A DNA stretch of 64,000 nt from the human T2T-CHM13v2.0 reference genome, Homo sapiens. The translations under genes were made by a program, and so were the position numbers. Shown here piece by piece: positions 27,160 through 41,289 of this stretch (within the stretch, counting starts at the first letter, position 1; each line of letters opens with the position of its first letter). The notes beneath the pieces are model-generated. The model saw only the letters and a list, made by a program, of their open reading frames with translations, was not told the DNA's origin and made no database searches. The stretch lies in assembly GCF_009914755.1 (NCBI RefSeq), contig NC_060930.1; one strand, given 5' to 3'.

Positions 27160-27378
27160 CTTTCCCTTCCTTCCTTCCTTCCTTCTTTCCCTCTCTCCTT
27201 CCTTTCCTCCCTCACTCCTTCTTTCCTTCCTCCCTCCCTCGCTTCCTTCCTTCCTTCTCTCCTTCCTTCCCTCTCTCCCTCCCTCCTTCTTTCCTTCCTC
27301 CCTCCCTCGCTTCCTTCCTTCCTTCTCTCTTCCTTCTTTCCTCCTCCTCCACCACCTCCTCCTCCTCCTTCTCCTTCT

Positions 27379-27417
<39 letters not shown>

Positions 27418-27535
27418 TCTCCTCCTTCTCCCTTCCTCCTCCTCCTCCTTCTTCCTCTTCCTCTTCCTCTTCTTCTTTCTTCCTTCTTTCCTCCTCCTCC
27501 TCCTCCTTCTGCTTCCTCTTCTTTTTTCTTCTTTG
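27160..27535. repeat. About 375-bp polypyrimidine tract: (CCTT)n, (CTC)n, (CTT)n
   Basis: Almost exclusively C/T; it accounts for the ORFs 27056..27538, 27150..27635 and 27212..27544. Confidence 0.97.
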
Positions 27536-28629
27536 TAATGTCACTGTCAGCTTTTCTGACTTTATCTGACTTGGCCTCTCTAGATCCCTCAGGATATGGC
27601 CTCTGCTTCCTTCTTAGCCTCATTACGTGGAGCAATGGGATATAGTATTTACCCTAGTTTTATTCTGGAAAAATTACATCCGATGGATCCATGATTAAAA
27701 CTCAGGGTGTCTGAATTTAAAAATGTGTTAAAATCTTTGCTAAGGTTGCACTCCATGAGACTTTTTGTCATAGGGGAGACATATTATGAAGAAGAGAAAC
27801 ACATTAAGAGTAACTAAAAATGAGAAAAAATTGGAAGGCTTCAGAGTTGCTTTGTTGTGTTTACCAGCTGGAAGTGCAGGTGGGCCACAGGAGGGCCTGG
27901 AGCCAGAGCTGGACAGCAGTGGCCTGGCTCTCCTTGCTCCATCTCTTAGTGCTGTGAGGTCTCCCTTGGTGTCTTCTCAAGCAGATCAGCATTTTTCTTG
28001 CTCTCTGTAGACTATCCTTTGCTTCTGAGTGCACATAGACAAATGAATTTGGTTTTATATTCTCCTCAATGCAATACTGGAAATTTTTCTCAGAGATTCC
28101 TTAGTCACTGAGGAAGAAGGGTTTTTGTCCTGCCTGCATCCCAGGGTTGTTCCTTAATCCTAGTAAGAACTGTTTTTCAATTATCTGAGCTCTAAAATCA
28201 ATGATTTTCTTACATTTTATTCTGGATTCAGACATCTTCCTGACTTGGCCCCTCTTTTTCTTCCTGCTCTAAAACTTGTGCACAATATTCTGGCTGATGA
28301 ATGTATTCAGGTGTTTTCGTGACCTTTAACATATTATCTTATTTCTCTTCCAATTTCTTCATGCCTTCTGCTCCCATTTCTCTAAAACACCTTTTTTACC
28401 CATCACATGTTAGTCTTCTTTTATTTTTTCAACAATTCACAAATTGTTCTTCCTTAAGTCTACCTATAGTCCTCTTAATAAAATGTAGAAGGTCTTAATC
28501 CAGTAACCATAGCCTTAAAAATAAAACCATTATTTATATAGCCAATAAATATGTATTGAATGTATACTGTGTATTGTATGCTGTGTGAGGCTCTGTGTAA
28601 ACAGAATGCCTGAAACTTATTTTTCATCC

Positions 28630-28795
28630 TCCATCTTCTGGCTCAGAGATTAGGGGCATTGTGGTTATTATTTCATAGACGAGAAATTTAGACTTGAAGA
28701 GTTTATGCAATACTTGTCCAAAGTCTTATGATTATAAAAAATGAGTCAGGATTCAAGCTCAAGTTTGAGTTCAAAGTACTTGCCTCATAATCTGC
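28630..28795 (-). mobile_element. MIR
   Basis: attatttcatagacgagaaatttagact...acttgtccaaagtc...gtcaggattcaagctcaag. Confidence 0.6.
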
Positions 28796-29181
28796 ATAAA
28801 ATTCTTATGGAAATTTCAGTGGGGACGTATCTCCATTCCATTTGTTTGGTGAGGAATTAGGTTGAATGGAGGCTTCCAAAAGTTATTTGTCCCCAGAAGT
28901 GATAAGAAAGAAAGATATTTGATTAGATTGATATGTATGCCAATGAAAATGTAAATGTAAAGTTGTAATTTGTGTGTGTGTGTGTGTCTAAGAACTTATT
29001 CAAGGGCATTGTAAAAGAAGTTCCCCAAATATTTTGATTACTGTTAACCTCCCTGGAATAAATGTGTATTGTAATCTTTCAAGGTGAAGGATACTCTGAA
29101 GGATAGCCTTTAAGTGTATGTACACGTTTTTTGTTTGGCATTTAAAAAGATATCTCATTATTTTAACATTTGTTCTTAAAG

Positions 29182-29233
29182 ACTTTGAGGAGAAATATCG
29201 TACTACATTATCCATCATTACCACCTTAGAACA
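29182..29233 (+). other. Candidate 52-nt internal exon
   Basis: ttttaacatttgttcttaaag| acceptor with a tttaac branch-like motif, and aca|gtaagt donor, in unique sequence. Confidence 0.35.
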
Positions 29234-30546
29234 GTAAGTTTATCATGTTAATTTCTGTTTCTTAAGCTGCCCAGGGAGAATGAGATGACAAAAATTTTTA
29301 TGTACTAAGCCAAAAACATTTTAAAATATAAAAGGGTCTACCATAAGTTTGACTTAAGTGTCTGCTTATGCAATTGGGTTAGTTGATGGAGACTTATACA
29401 GCATCTCAAAGCATGTATTTCCTACATTTTTATTTCGGCTTTGAGTCAATGTTCTTTAGCATGTAGTGTTTATAATTGAGAGAAAATATGTTATCTCCTG
29501 TTGTAGAACATAAAATATACTTCTCTTTACTGTTTTCTCACTATGTCCTTCTTAAGGTGATTTTTCTGTCCCTCTATAGCTCTCTGAACCATCATTTAAA
29601 ATTAAATAAGTAAACATCTCTTTATTTTGTTAGAAAATCTAGACAAATACCATCTGTTCTTTGAATTGTTCCAGGTACAGCGACCACCTATCGTTCCCCA
29701 TCTGTCAAATGTACATTTATTCATGTCATCTGTGCTGCCAGATGATTTTATGCTTTAAAACAGTGGCTGGTTTTCTGTATCTCTTTTCATGTTAAGTATA
29801 ATGTGGAATTCTGATTTACAAATAAGATATGAAACTATAAAGCAGTGAATACAGTTTCCTAAATTGACTTGGAAGGGCATTTTAAAGGAGGATTTCCAAA
29901 AATGGTTGCAGCATCACTGGCATGTATTCAGCCTTTCAAGGTGAATTGTTTGTATGATGGCATTCATTTGAATGTTTACTTTTCAGTAAGTTAAACTTTA
30001 AAAGTTAAGCCTATTTGACTGTCACAATTCATACAAGTAAGTAGTAGGAACTACACCAGATAAATTTAGAAAAAGGTAGGCACTTCAGTGACAAAAAATT
30101 AGCCTTTTCCCTTAAAATTATAAGTAGCTTTTATTGGAACTTTAAAATTTTAATTTAAGCAATATTCTTATTGAAAAGTAATATCTTAATATGTATGTTA
30201 AATGAAACTCAAGTGCAGAACTCTACAAATCACATGGCATTTGGCCACAATTACTAGGCTTTTAACAACATATAAAAATAATTCTATCTATCTTTATAGT
30301 TAAGAAGTTAGCTAGGGATTTACAAAATATTATAAAATTTATATTCATTTATAAAAAAGTATATTTACAATACAAAGAAGAAGAATAAAATTAAGAAGTA
30401 TGACCATGCAAGCTAATAAATAGAACGTTGCCAACATTCAGAAGCCCTTATGTAATGTACCAAATCATATATCTTTTCATTGTCCAGCAGCTAACTACTA
30501 ATCTGAATTTTGTGTAAACATTTGCTTGCTCATTGTTATAGGTTTA

Positions 30547-30911
30547 TGATATGGTTTAACTGTGTGCCCACTCAAATCTCACCTTGAATTGTGGCTCCCA
30601 TTATTCCCATGTGTTGTGGGAGGAACTCAGTGGGAGATAATTGAATCATGGGGGTGGGTCTTTCCTGTGTTGTTCTCGTAATAGTGAATAAACCTCATGA
30701 GATCTGATGATTTTATAAAGGGGCGTTCCCCTGCACAAGCCCTTTTGCCTGCTGCCACATAAGACATCCCTTTGCTCTTCCTTCGTCTTCCGTCATGATT
30801 ATGAGGCCTCCTTAGCCATGTGAAACTGTGAGTCCATTAAACCTCTTTCCTTTATAAATTACCCAGTCTTTGGTATGTCTTTCTTTGCAGTATGAGAACA
30901 GACTAAAATAC
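30547..30911 (+). mobile_element. THE1B-like solo LTR
   Basis: tgatatggttt...gggtctttcctgtg...ttcccctgcacaagc...gagtccattaaacctctttcc...acagactaaaatac. Confidence 0.92.
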
Positions 30912-31310
30912 CATCCATGATAAATCCATAAACAATGTACTGTTCAATTATACCAGCTTTTAAACTTAATTAAATATATTCAATGTTATATATAAGTTTC
31001 TGTGCTTTGCTTCTTTTGATTAATATTATGTTTCTGAGGTTCATATATGTGGGTGGACATTCGTACTTCTCCACTGTTCAACAGTATTACACTATTGTGA
31101 CTATACATTCTAGGACTGGTAGGCATTTGACTTGTATCCAGGTTTTGGCCATCATAAATAAGGGTGCTATAAATATCCCTATAAAAGTCATTTTGGGAGC
31201 ATATGTTTTCATTTCTTTTGAGTAAATTTGAAGGAGTGAAATTACTGGGTTATAAGGTTTAAATGTACAAGAAACTGACAAATAGTTTTCCAAAGTGGCT
31301 GAGACATTTT

Positions 31311-31515
31311 ATTTTATTTTTATAATTTCAGCTTTTATTTTAGACTCATGGGGTAAATGTACAAGTTTGTTTCATGGGTATATTGGGTGATCCTGAGGTT
31401 TGGGTTATGAATGGTCCCATCACCCAGATAATGGGCATAGTACTCAATAGGTAGTTTTCTGGCCCTTGCCCCCTTCCCTTTCTCTATCCTCTAGTAGTCC
31501 CCAGTGTGTATTGTT
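31311..31515 (-). mobile_element. Short L1PA15/16-like 3' end with 15-bp TSD
   Basis: TSD tggctgagacatttt (31296-31310) versus tggctgtgacatttt (31516-31530). Confidence 0.85.
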
Positions 31516-32046
31516 TGGCTGTGACATTTTTAATTCACTACAGCAATTTTAAAAGTCTCAGTTGCTCTGTATTCTCACCAAAGTTTGGTATTGTCAGGTT
31601 TTGAAATTGTAACCAATCTAATGGAGTTATAGTGGTATCTCATTGTGAGTTTATTTTACATTTTCTTGGTGAATAATTTGAGCATTTTTCTATGCTGATT
31701 GGCCATTCACAAATCATTTTTTGTTTGTTTAAATCTTTCGGCCATTTAACGATTGGGTTGTCTTTTTATTTATTATTGGTTTAGTAGCAATGCTTAATAT
31801 TTTGTGGGCACAAGCCTTTTTCTAGAAATGTGTATTGCAAATATTTTCTTCCATACAGTAGCATCTCTCTTACTTTTACTTATGGTGCCTTCGATGGACG
31901 GAATGTTTATTTTGATGAAATCCAATGTCTCTTTCTTCATATTTCCTTTTTTGTCTTTTTGCTTTAGGGTTGGTGTTTTTGTATCCTCTCTAAGAAATGT
32001 TTATCTTACCCAGGTTCTGAAGATACTGTTCAATGTTTCACATTAG

Positions 32047-32468
<422 letters not shown>

Positions 32469-32478
32469 ATGATCTTGA

Positions 32479-32821
<343 letters not shown>

Positions 32822-33296
32822 AATATTCATTTCTTTATATGTTTTCCAATTGTCCCATCACTACTTGTTGAAGATTTTTCATTTTCCATTGAACAATCTT
32901 GGTACTTGGATCAAAAATCAATTGACTATATATATTTTGGGATTGGTTTTTAATTTTCTTCTGCATGTTGATATGTTTATCTATTCTTTTTCCAATACTA
33001 AATTTTATTTATTACTATAGGTTTAGAGTAAATATTGAAATCGAGTAGTGTAAATACACCAGCTTTGTTTTCCCTTCTCAATATTGTTTAGTTAGTGGGC
33101 CTTTGTATTTTTGTATAAAATTTGTCAGTAATCGTAAAATACTTGTCCATGTCATAAAAAAGCCTTTGGGATTTTGATTATGAATGCAATGAAGTTATAT
33201 ATATCAATTAATGGAAAATGAAGATATTAATGATATTAAGTCAACTAATCTGTAAACATGGAATATTTTTCCATTTTATTTAAGTCTTTGTTATCT

Positions 33297-33572
33297 TGTT
33301 ATTTTTTATTTTAATTTTTTTATAGAGATTGGATCTCAATCTGTCACCTGCTGGAGTACAATGACTTTCTTAGCTCACTGCAGCCTCAAACTCATGGGCT
33401 CAAGCGATCCTCCTGACTCACACTCCCAAAGAGCTAGGACTACAAGGTGTGCACCACCATATCTGGCTGAATTTTTAATATTTTTGTAGAAACAGGGTCT
33501 TGCTATGTTGCGTAGGCTGGCCTCAAACTAATGGCCTCAAGCTATCCTCCTGCCTTGCCCTCACACAATACA
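33297..33572 (-). mobile_element. Degenerate AluJ
   Basis: tagctcactgcagcctcaaactcatgggctcaagcgatcc carries J diagnostics; gttatctt is repeated on both flanks. Confidence 0.85.
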
Positions 33573-33861
33573 GTTATCTTTAACTCAGTTGTGGTTTCAT
33601 TTGCAAAAAAATGTACAGTTTTGTTTAAATTTTCTAAGTGTGTTATATATGGAGGATGTTCTATTCAATGGTAGTTAAACATTTTATTTTCCATTTGTTT
33701 GCTGCTAATATATACAGAAATACCACTGATTTCTGTTTATTGATGGTTTACACTGCAATCTTATTGCTTTTACTAAGTAGATCTGATATATTTTCTGGTA
33801 GATTCCTTAGGTTTTATACCTACACAATTATTCACTTATATTTCATTTTCTTTTCTTAGAT

Positions 33862-34247
33862 TGATATGATTTGGCTGTGTCCCCACCCAAAATCTCATCT
33901 TGAATTGTAACCCCCATAATCCCTACAATTCTCATGTGTCAAGGGTGGGACCAGGTGAAGGTAATTGGATCGTGGGGGCAGTTTCCCCAGTGCTGTTCTT
34001 GTGATAGTGAGTGAGTCTTATGAGATCTGATGGTTTTATAAGCATTTGGCATTTCCCCTGCTTGCACTCACTACATCTTGCCGCCCTGAGAAGAAGCTGC
34101 CTGCTTCTCCTTTGCCTTCCACCATGATTGTAAGTTTCCTGAGGCCGCCCCAGCACTGCAGAACTGTGAGTCAATTAAAACTTTTTTGTCTATAAGTTAC
34201 CCAGTCTTGGGTATTTCTTCATAGCAGTGTGAGAACAGACTAATACA
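33862..34247 (+). mobile_element. THE1D-like solo LTR
   Basis: tgatatgatttggctgtgtccccaccc...acagactaataca; 5-bp TSD tagat/tacat. Confidence 0.92.
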
Positions 34248-34439
34248 TACATTGTATAGGTACTTTATTACAATGATGAATAGAAGACATGAGACAACAT
34301 GCTTACTTCCTTCTCAGTCTTAGGGGGAAGTAGATTAGACATGGTATTACCAGCATGTCCTTTGTAAAGATTTCCTTTATCAGACTGAAGTCTTATTTCC
34401 ACTTCCAAGATTTTGAAAAAAATTATAAATTGATATTAG

Positions 34440-34809
<370 letters not shown>

Positions 34810-34884
34810 TATTTTTATCTTTTTAATGTGTTGAATATACAGTGATTTTCAAATGTTAAACAATTCCTGGAATACAGTATAAAT

Positions 34885-35310
34885 TACATCCCTGATTTCT
34901 AAATCAGGGTCATAAAAAGTCCTGCAGCCTCCATCCAGGACTCTTACAACATTCTCTCACTGCAAAATCTGAGCTGTCATAAAAAAAAGATCAGGTTCTT
35001 TGAAACCATTGTGCTGTAGAAGCCATGTGTAGGAGCTGTGGTCAACAGATCCAGCTGAGCCTAGTTTCTTAGGCATCTCCACTAAAGTGCTAGACATGTG
35101 AGTAAAATGACCTCAGACTCTTTAAGCCATTCAAACCACCAGCTGAATACCACCTAGTGACTTTTGTTATAAGCCTTCACATGGTAGAAAAAATTCAGCT
35201 AGCTGGGACCCACCCGAATTTCTGATCCAGGAGTAATGAGATACAATGTGGCTGTTTGAAGCCACTGAGTTTTGGGGTAGTTTATAACACAGTAATACGT
35301 GTTTTGGAAT
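34885..35310 (+). mobile_element. MaLR LTR, partial (MLT1F/G-like)
   Basis: gggtcataaaaag...ccagctgagcc...ctagacatgtgagt...tgaagccactgagttttggggtagtt. Confidence 0.75.
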
Positions 35311-35324
35311 ATGCAGTAAATAAG

Positions 35325-35555
35325 AAAGTGTCGTACTAGGTTTAAGAATAGATTAGTCATCAGAGTAGAATAAAGAACCGAGAAACAGACTCATATATAT
35401 ATGTTGACATGTAATTTAAAATAAAGGTGACATTAAAGCGCAATGGAGGAAATGCCAATCTTTTCAATAATTAGTGTGGGGGTAATTAAGTACTCATATG
35501 GAATGCAAAAATGAAACCAGATCCCTACCTCACTTAATAAACAAAAATTAAGTGT
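35325..35555 (+). mobile_element. Old L1 ORF2 fragment
   Basis: aaccgagaaacagactcatatatatatg...atcttttcaataa...gatccctacctcac. Confidence 0.6.
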
Positions 35556-35627
35556 AGTTATTTTATTTATTTCTTTCTTTTTAAAATGCTGGTTGACTCA
35601 GCCACTGTGAAAAGACTGAGATCCTGC

Positions 35628-35765
35628 CTTCTTCTTTTTTTTTTTCTTTATAGATGGGATCTTGCTATGTTGCCCAAGCTGGTCTCAAATGCCTGGCCTC
35701 AGCAATCTTTCTGCCTTAGCCTTCCAATGCATTGGGATTACAGGCATGAACCACTGCATTTGGCC
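35628..35765 (-). mobile_element. FLAM-like Alu left monomer
   Basis: tagatgggatcttgctatgttgcccaagctggtctcaaatgcctggcctc...gggattacaggcatgaaccactgcatttggcc. Confidence 0.8.
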
Positions 35766-36187
35766 TATAGTTGTTTTATAATTGAATTCAGAAAGCAAAA
35801 CAGTAACTTTTAAAAAAGATAATTATATCTTTTTAATAACTCTTGGTATGTAAAAAGACAGGTCCTCTGATCTTAGAAATTTTCCTTATTTTACATAATT
35901 TTAGAATAATTTTCAATTATTATTTAAGAAATAATTATCAAGTTTTATAGAAATCATGTTAGGATTCTGATTGGAAGTGCATCAGAAATAAATTAACTTG
36001 GGAAAACATGGATATTTTAAAAATATCAAGACTTTAAGCCATAAAAATAGTAAACTACATTTTAAAAAAGCCTTTGTCAATGTCTATCAATTAAGTTTAC
36101 TATTATTTTTATAAGGAAATTTCATTTATTTTGTTAAATTAATCTTAGGTACTTTTCAAGGATATATGTATTTATTTAGTTTTACTT

Positions 36188-36787
<600 letters not shown>

Positions 36788-38973
36788 AGTTTTATCTTAT
36801 TTTTAATTGACAAATAATAGCACATATTTGTGGGTAAAATGTGATGTTTTGATACATATATACATTATGGAGTGATCAAACGGGCTAATTGACATATTTA
36901 TCACCTCAAATACTTATTTCTTTGTGAAATTCACTCTTTTAGGTATTTTGAAATATATTATTTACTATAGTCACCATGCTGTGCAAAGGATCACTAGAGC
37001 CTATTCCTTGTATTCTACTGAAACTTTGTACCCTTTGACCAACATCTCCTCCTTCCCGGTCCATTCCCCTCAACTATGGTAATGACCTTTCTACTCTCTA
37101 TTTTCATGGGTTTGACTTTTTAAGATTACACATGCAAGTTAGAGCAGATTGCTTTTATCTCTCTGTGTCTGGTTTATTTCACTTAGCATAAAATATCTTC
37201 TAGGTTCATCCATGTTGTTGCAAATGAGGGAATTTTCTGCTTTTTAAGGCTGAATAGTATTCCATTGTGCATCTTTACTAAACTTGTTTATCAGTTATAA
37301 CTTTTTTTTAAAATGAAGTCTTTAGGTTTTCCTATATATAAGATCATGTCACCAGCAAACAGAGACAATTTCATTTTATTTTTCCTATTTGGATACTTTT
37401 TATTTCTTTTTCTTGCCTAATTGCTCTAAGACTTCTGGCTACTCCACGTTGAACAGAACTGGTGAGAATAGGCAACCTTCTCTTGTTCCTAATCTTAGAA
37501 TAAAAACCTTCAACTTTTTATCCTTGAGTATTATGCTACCTATGGGATTATTATATATGGCCTTAATTTTGTTGAAGAACATTTCTTCTATACCTAACTT
37601 GTGAAATTTTATTATGAAAGGATGTTAAATTTTTTTCAAATTTTGCTTTTTCTGTATCTGTTGAGATAATCGTCTAGTTTTCATCCTTAATTCTGTTAAT
37701 ATGGTGAATGAAATTTATTGATTTACATATATGGAACCATCCTTACATCCCAGGGATAAATTCCACTTGATCATGATGAATGATCCTTTTGACATAATGT
37801 TGAATATAGTTTGCTAGTATTTTGTTGAGACTTTTTGCATTGATGTTTATCAGGGATATTGGCTTGTAGTGTTCTTTTCCTGTAGTGCCTTTATCTGGCT
37901 TTAGTATCATGGTAATGCTGGACACATAAAATGAATTTGTAAGTACTCCCTCCTCTTCAAGTTTTTGGAAGAGTTAGAGAAGGACTGGTATTAGTTTTAA
38001 AAATCTTCACTAGAATTCAGCAGTGAAGCCATCTGGTCCTGGGCTTTTCTTTTAATAAAAGCACACTTTTATTTCCTGAATTAATCTTCTTACTCATTAT
38101 TGTTCTGTTCATATTTCTAATTTCTTCATGATTTAGTCTTAATACATTACGTAGTTCTAGGAATTTATTCATTTCTTCTAGATTTTCTAATTTGTTGGAA
38201 TGTAGTTGTTCATAGTAATCTCATAATTCTTTGTATTTCTGTTTTCAGTTGTGAGACCTCTTTTATTCCTGATTTCATTTTTTGATATTCCTTTTTTTAA
38301 GTCCAGCTAAGAGCTTGTTGATTTTGTTTAGATTGTCAAAATAACAACTCTTTGGTTTTTGTTGTTGTTGTTGTTTTTCTTAGTCTCTATTTCATTTATT
38401 TCTGCTCTTATGTTTGTTACTTACTTCCTCCTATTAACTTTGGGCTTAATTTTTTATCCTTTCTTCTAGTTCTATGAGATGTAACATTATGTTGTTTATT
38501 TGAGATCTTTTTTCTTTTTTGATGTAGGCATTTGGTTCTATGAATTTCCCTCTTAGAAGCACTTTTCCTGTATCAGGTATGTTTTGATATGATACGTTAC
38601 CATTTTTATTTGTCTCAAGGTATTTTTAAATTTCTCTTTCAATTTTTCCTTTGACCAAATAGCTGTTCAGGACTATATTGCTTAATTTTCATATATTTGT
38701 TGATTTTTATAATTGTACCTTTCATTGTTTTCTGGTTCCATACAGATGAGGTTGGAAAAGATAATATGATTTTAATCTTCTTAAATTATTAAGACTTGTT
38801 TTGTGGCCTAACATAGGATCTATCCTGGAGAATGTTCTCTGAACATTTGAAAAGAATGTGCATTTTTTTGCTGTTGGATGGAATGTTCTGTTATATGCCT
38901 GTTAGGTCTATTTGGTCTTTAGTGGAGTTCATGTCCAATGTTTCCTTATTAATTTTCTGTTTGGATAATCTGT

Positions 38974-41289
38974 GTTCCCACCCACGTCTCACCTTGAATT
39001 GTAGTTCCTGTAATCCCCACATGTCATGGGAGGGACTCAGTGGGGAGTAGATCGTGGGGGTTGTTCTCCAATGCTGTTCTCATGATGGTGAGTGAGTTCT
39101 TACGAGATCGGATAGTTTTATAACGGGCTTCCCTGCCTTCATTCAGGAGTTCTCCCTGCTGGCATGTAAAGAAGGAAGTGTTTGCTTCCCCTTCTGCCAC
39201 AGATGTAAGTTTCCTGAGGCCTCCCTAGCCATGCAGAACTGTGGGTCAATTAAACCTCTTTCCTTTATAAATTACCCAGTCTTGGGTATGTCTTCACAGC
39301 AGCATTAAAACAGACTAATACAGTAAATTGGTACTGCATAGAAAGGAGTGCTGCTGTAAAGATATCCAAAAATGTGGAAGCAACTTTGGAACTGGGTAAC
39401 AGGCAGAGGTTGGAACAGTTTGGAGTGCTCAGAAGAAGACAGGAAAATATGGGAAAGTTTGGAACTTCCTACAGACTTGGAGGGATCAGAAGACAGGAAA
39501 ATGTGAGAAAGTTTGGAACTTCCTAGGGACTTGTTGAATGGCTTTGACCCAAATGCTGATAGTGATATGGACAATGAAATCCAGGTTGAGGTGGTTGCAG
39601 ATGGAGATGAGGAACTTCTTGGGAACTGGAGTAAAGGTCACTCTTGCTATGCTTTAGCAAAGACTGGTGACATTTTGCCCCTGCCCTAGAGATATGTGGA
39701 ACTCTGAACTTGAGAGGGATGATTTAGGGTACCTGGTGGAAGAAATTTCTAAGTAGCAAAGTGTTCAAGAAGTGATAGAGCATAACATTTTGGAAAATTT
39801 GCAGCCTGATGATGTGGTAGAAAAGAAAAACCCATTTTTAGTGGACAAAAATCAAGCCAGCTACACAAATTTGCAGAAGTAACAAGGAGTCAAATGTTAA
39901 TGACCAAAATAGTGGGGAAAATGTCTCCAAGGCATGTCAGAGACCTTCACAGCAGCCCCTCCCATCACAGGCCTGGAGGCCTAGGAAGGAAAAATGGTTT
40001 CTTGAGCCAGGCCCAGGGCCCCCCTGCTCTGTGCAGCCTCAGGACATGGTGGACTGTGTCCCAGCTGCTTCAGCTTCAGCCATGGCTAAAATGGGCTAAG
40101 GTACAGCCTGGGCCATTGCTTCAGAGGGTTCAAGGCCCAAGCCTTGGCAGCTTCCACGTGGTGTTGGCCCTGTGGGTACACAGAAGTCAAGAATTGAGTT
40201 TTGGGAACCTCTGCCTAGATTGCAGAGGATGTATGGAAACATCTAGATGTTCAGGCAGAGGTGTGCTGCAGGGGTGAAGCCCTCATGGAGAGCCTCTGCT
40301 AGGGCAGTACAGAAGGAAAATGTGTGATTGGATCCCTTATACAGAGCCCCAACTGGGGCACTGCCTAGTGGAACTGTGTGAAGAGGACCACATTCTCCAG
40401 ACCCCAGAATAGTAGATCCACTGACAGCTTGCACCGTGCATCTGGAAAAGCCACAGACACTCAATGTCAGCCTGAGAAAGCAGCTAGGAGGGGGACTGTA
40501 CTCTGCAAAGCCAAAGGGACAGAGCTGCCTGAGGCTGTGGGAGCCTATGTCTTGCATCAGCATAACCGTGATGTGAGACATGGAGTCAAAGGAGATCATC
40601 TTGGAACTTTAATGTTTTAGTGACTGCCCTGTTGGATTTCAGACTTGCATAGCCCCTTGTTTTGGCCAATTTCTCCCACTTTGAATGCGTGTATTTATCA
40701 AGTGCCTGTACCTCCTTCTATCTAGGAAGTACCTAACTTGCTTATGATTTTACAGACTCACAGGTAGAAACGACTTGCCTTGTCTCAGGTGAGACTTTGA
40801 ACTTAGACTTTTGGGTTAATGATGGAATGAGTTAAGACTCTGGGGGACTATTGGAAAGGCATGATTGTATTTTGAAATTTGAGAAAGAGGAGATTTGGGA
40901 GGGCCCAGGGGCTGAATAATATGATTTGGCTGTATCCCCACCCAAATCTCGTCTTGAATTATAGTTCCCATAATCCCCATGTGTCCTGGGAGGGACCTGG
41001 TAGGAAGTGATTAGATCATGGAAGTGGTTCCCTCATGCTGTTCTTGTGATAGTGGGTGAGTTCTCATGAGATCTGATGGTTTTATAAGGGGAATTTTCTC
41101 CCCTTCCCTTGGTACTTCCTCTCCCTGCACTCAGGTGAATAAGGATGTGTTTGCTTCCCCTTTGGCCATGATTATAAGTTTCCTGAGGCCTCCACAGCCA
41201 TGTGGAACTGTGAGTCAATTAAAGCTCTTTCTTTATAAATTACCCAGTCTGAGGTATGTCTTCATAGCAGTGTGAAAATTGACTGATGC
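38974..41289 (+). mobile_element. Full THE1 (C/D-like) MaLR provirus: LTR 38974-39322, internal 39323-40916, LTR 40917-41289
   Basis: Two direct THE1 LTRs; internal region starts gtaaattggtact and ends in a purine-rich tract; tctgt flanks both ends. Confidence 0.95.

Noticed and set aside
27056-27635. Three overlapping 110-161 aa ORFs (poly-E/K/L/R), and the ORF at 154..348
   Set aside because: Stop-free translations of simple repeats.
39420-39532. Tandem duplication of about 55 bp in the THE1 internal region
   Set aside because: As I recall it is a common feature of THE1 internal sequences; it has no unique spacers and is not CRISPR-like.
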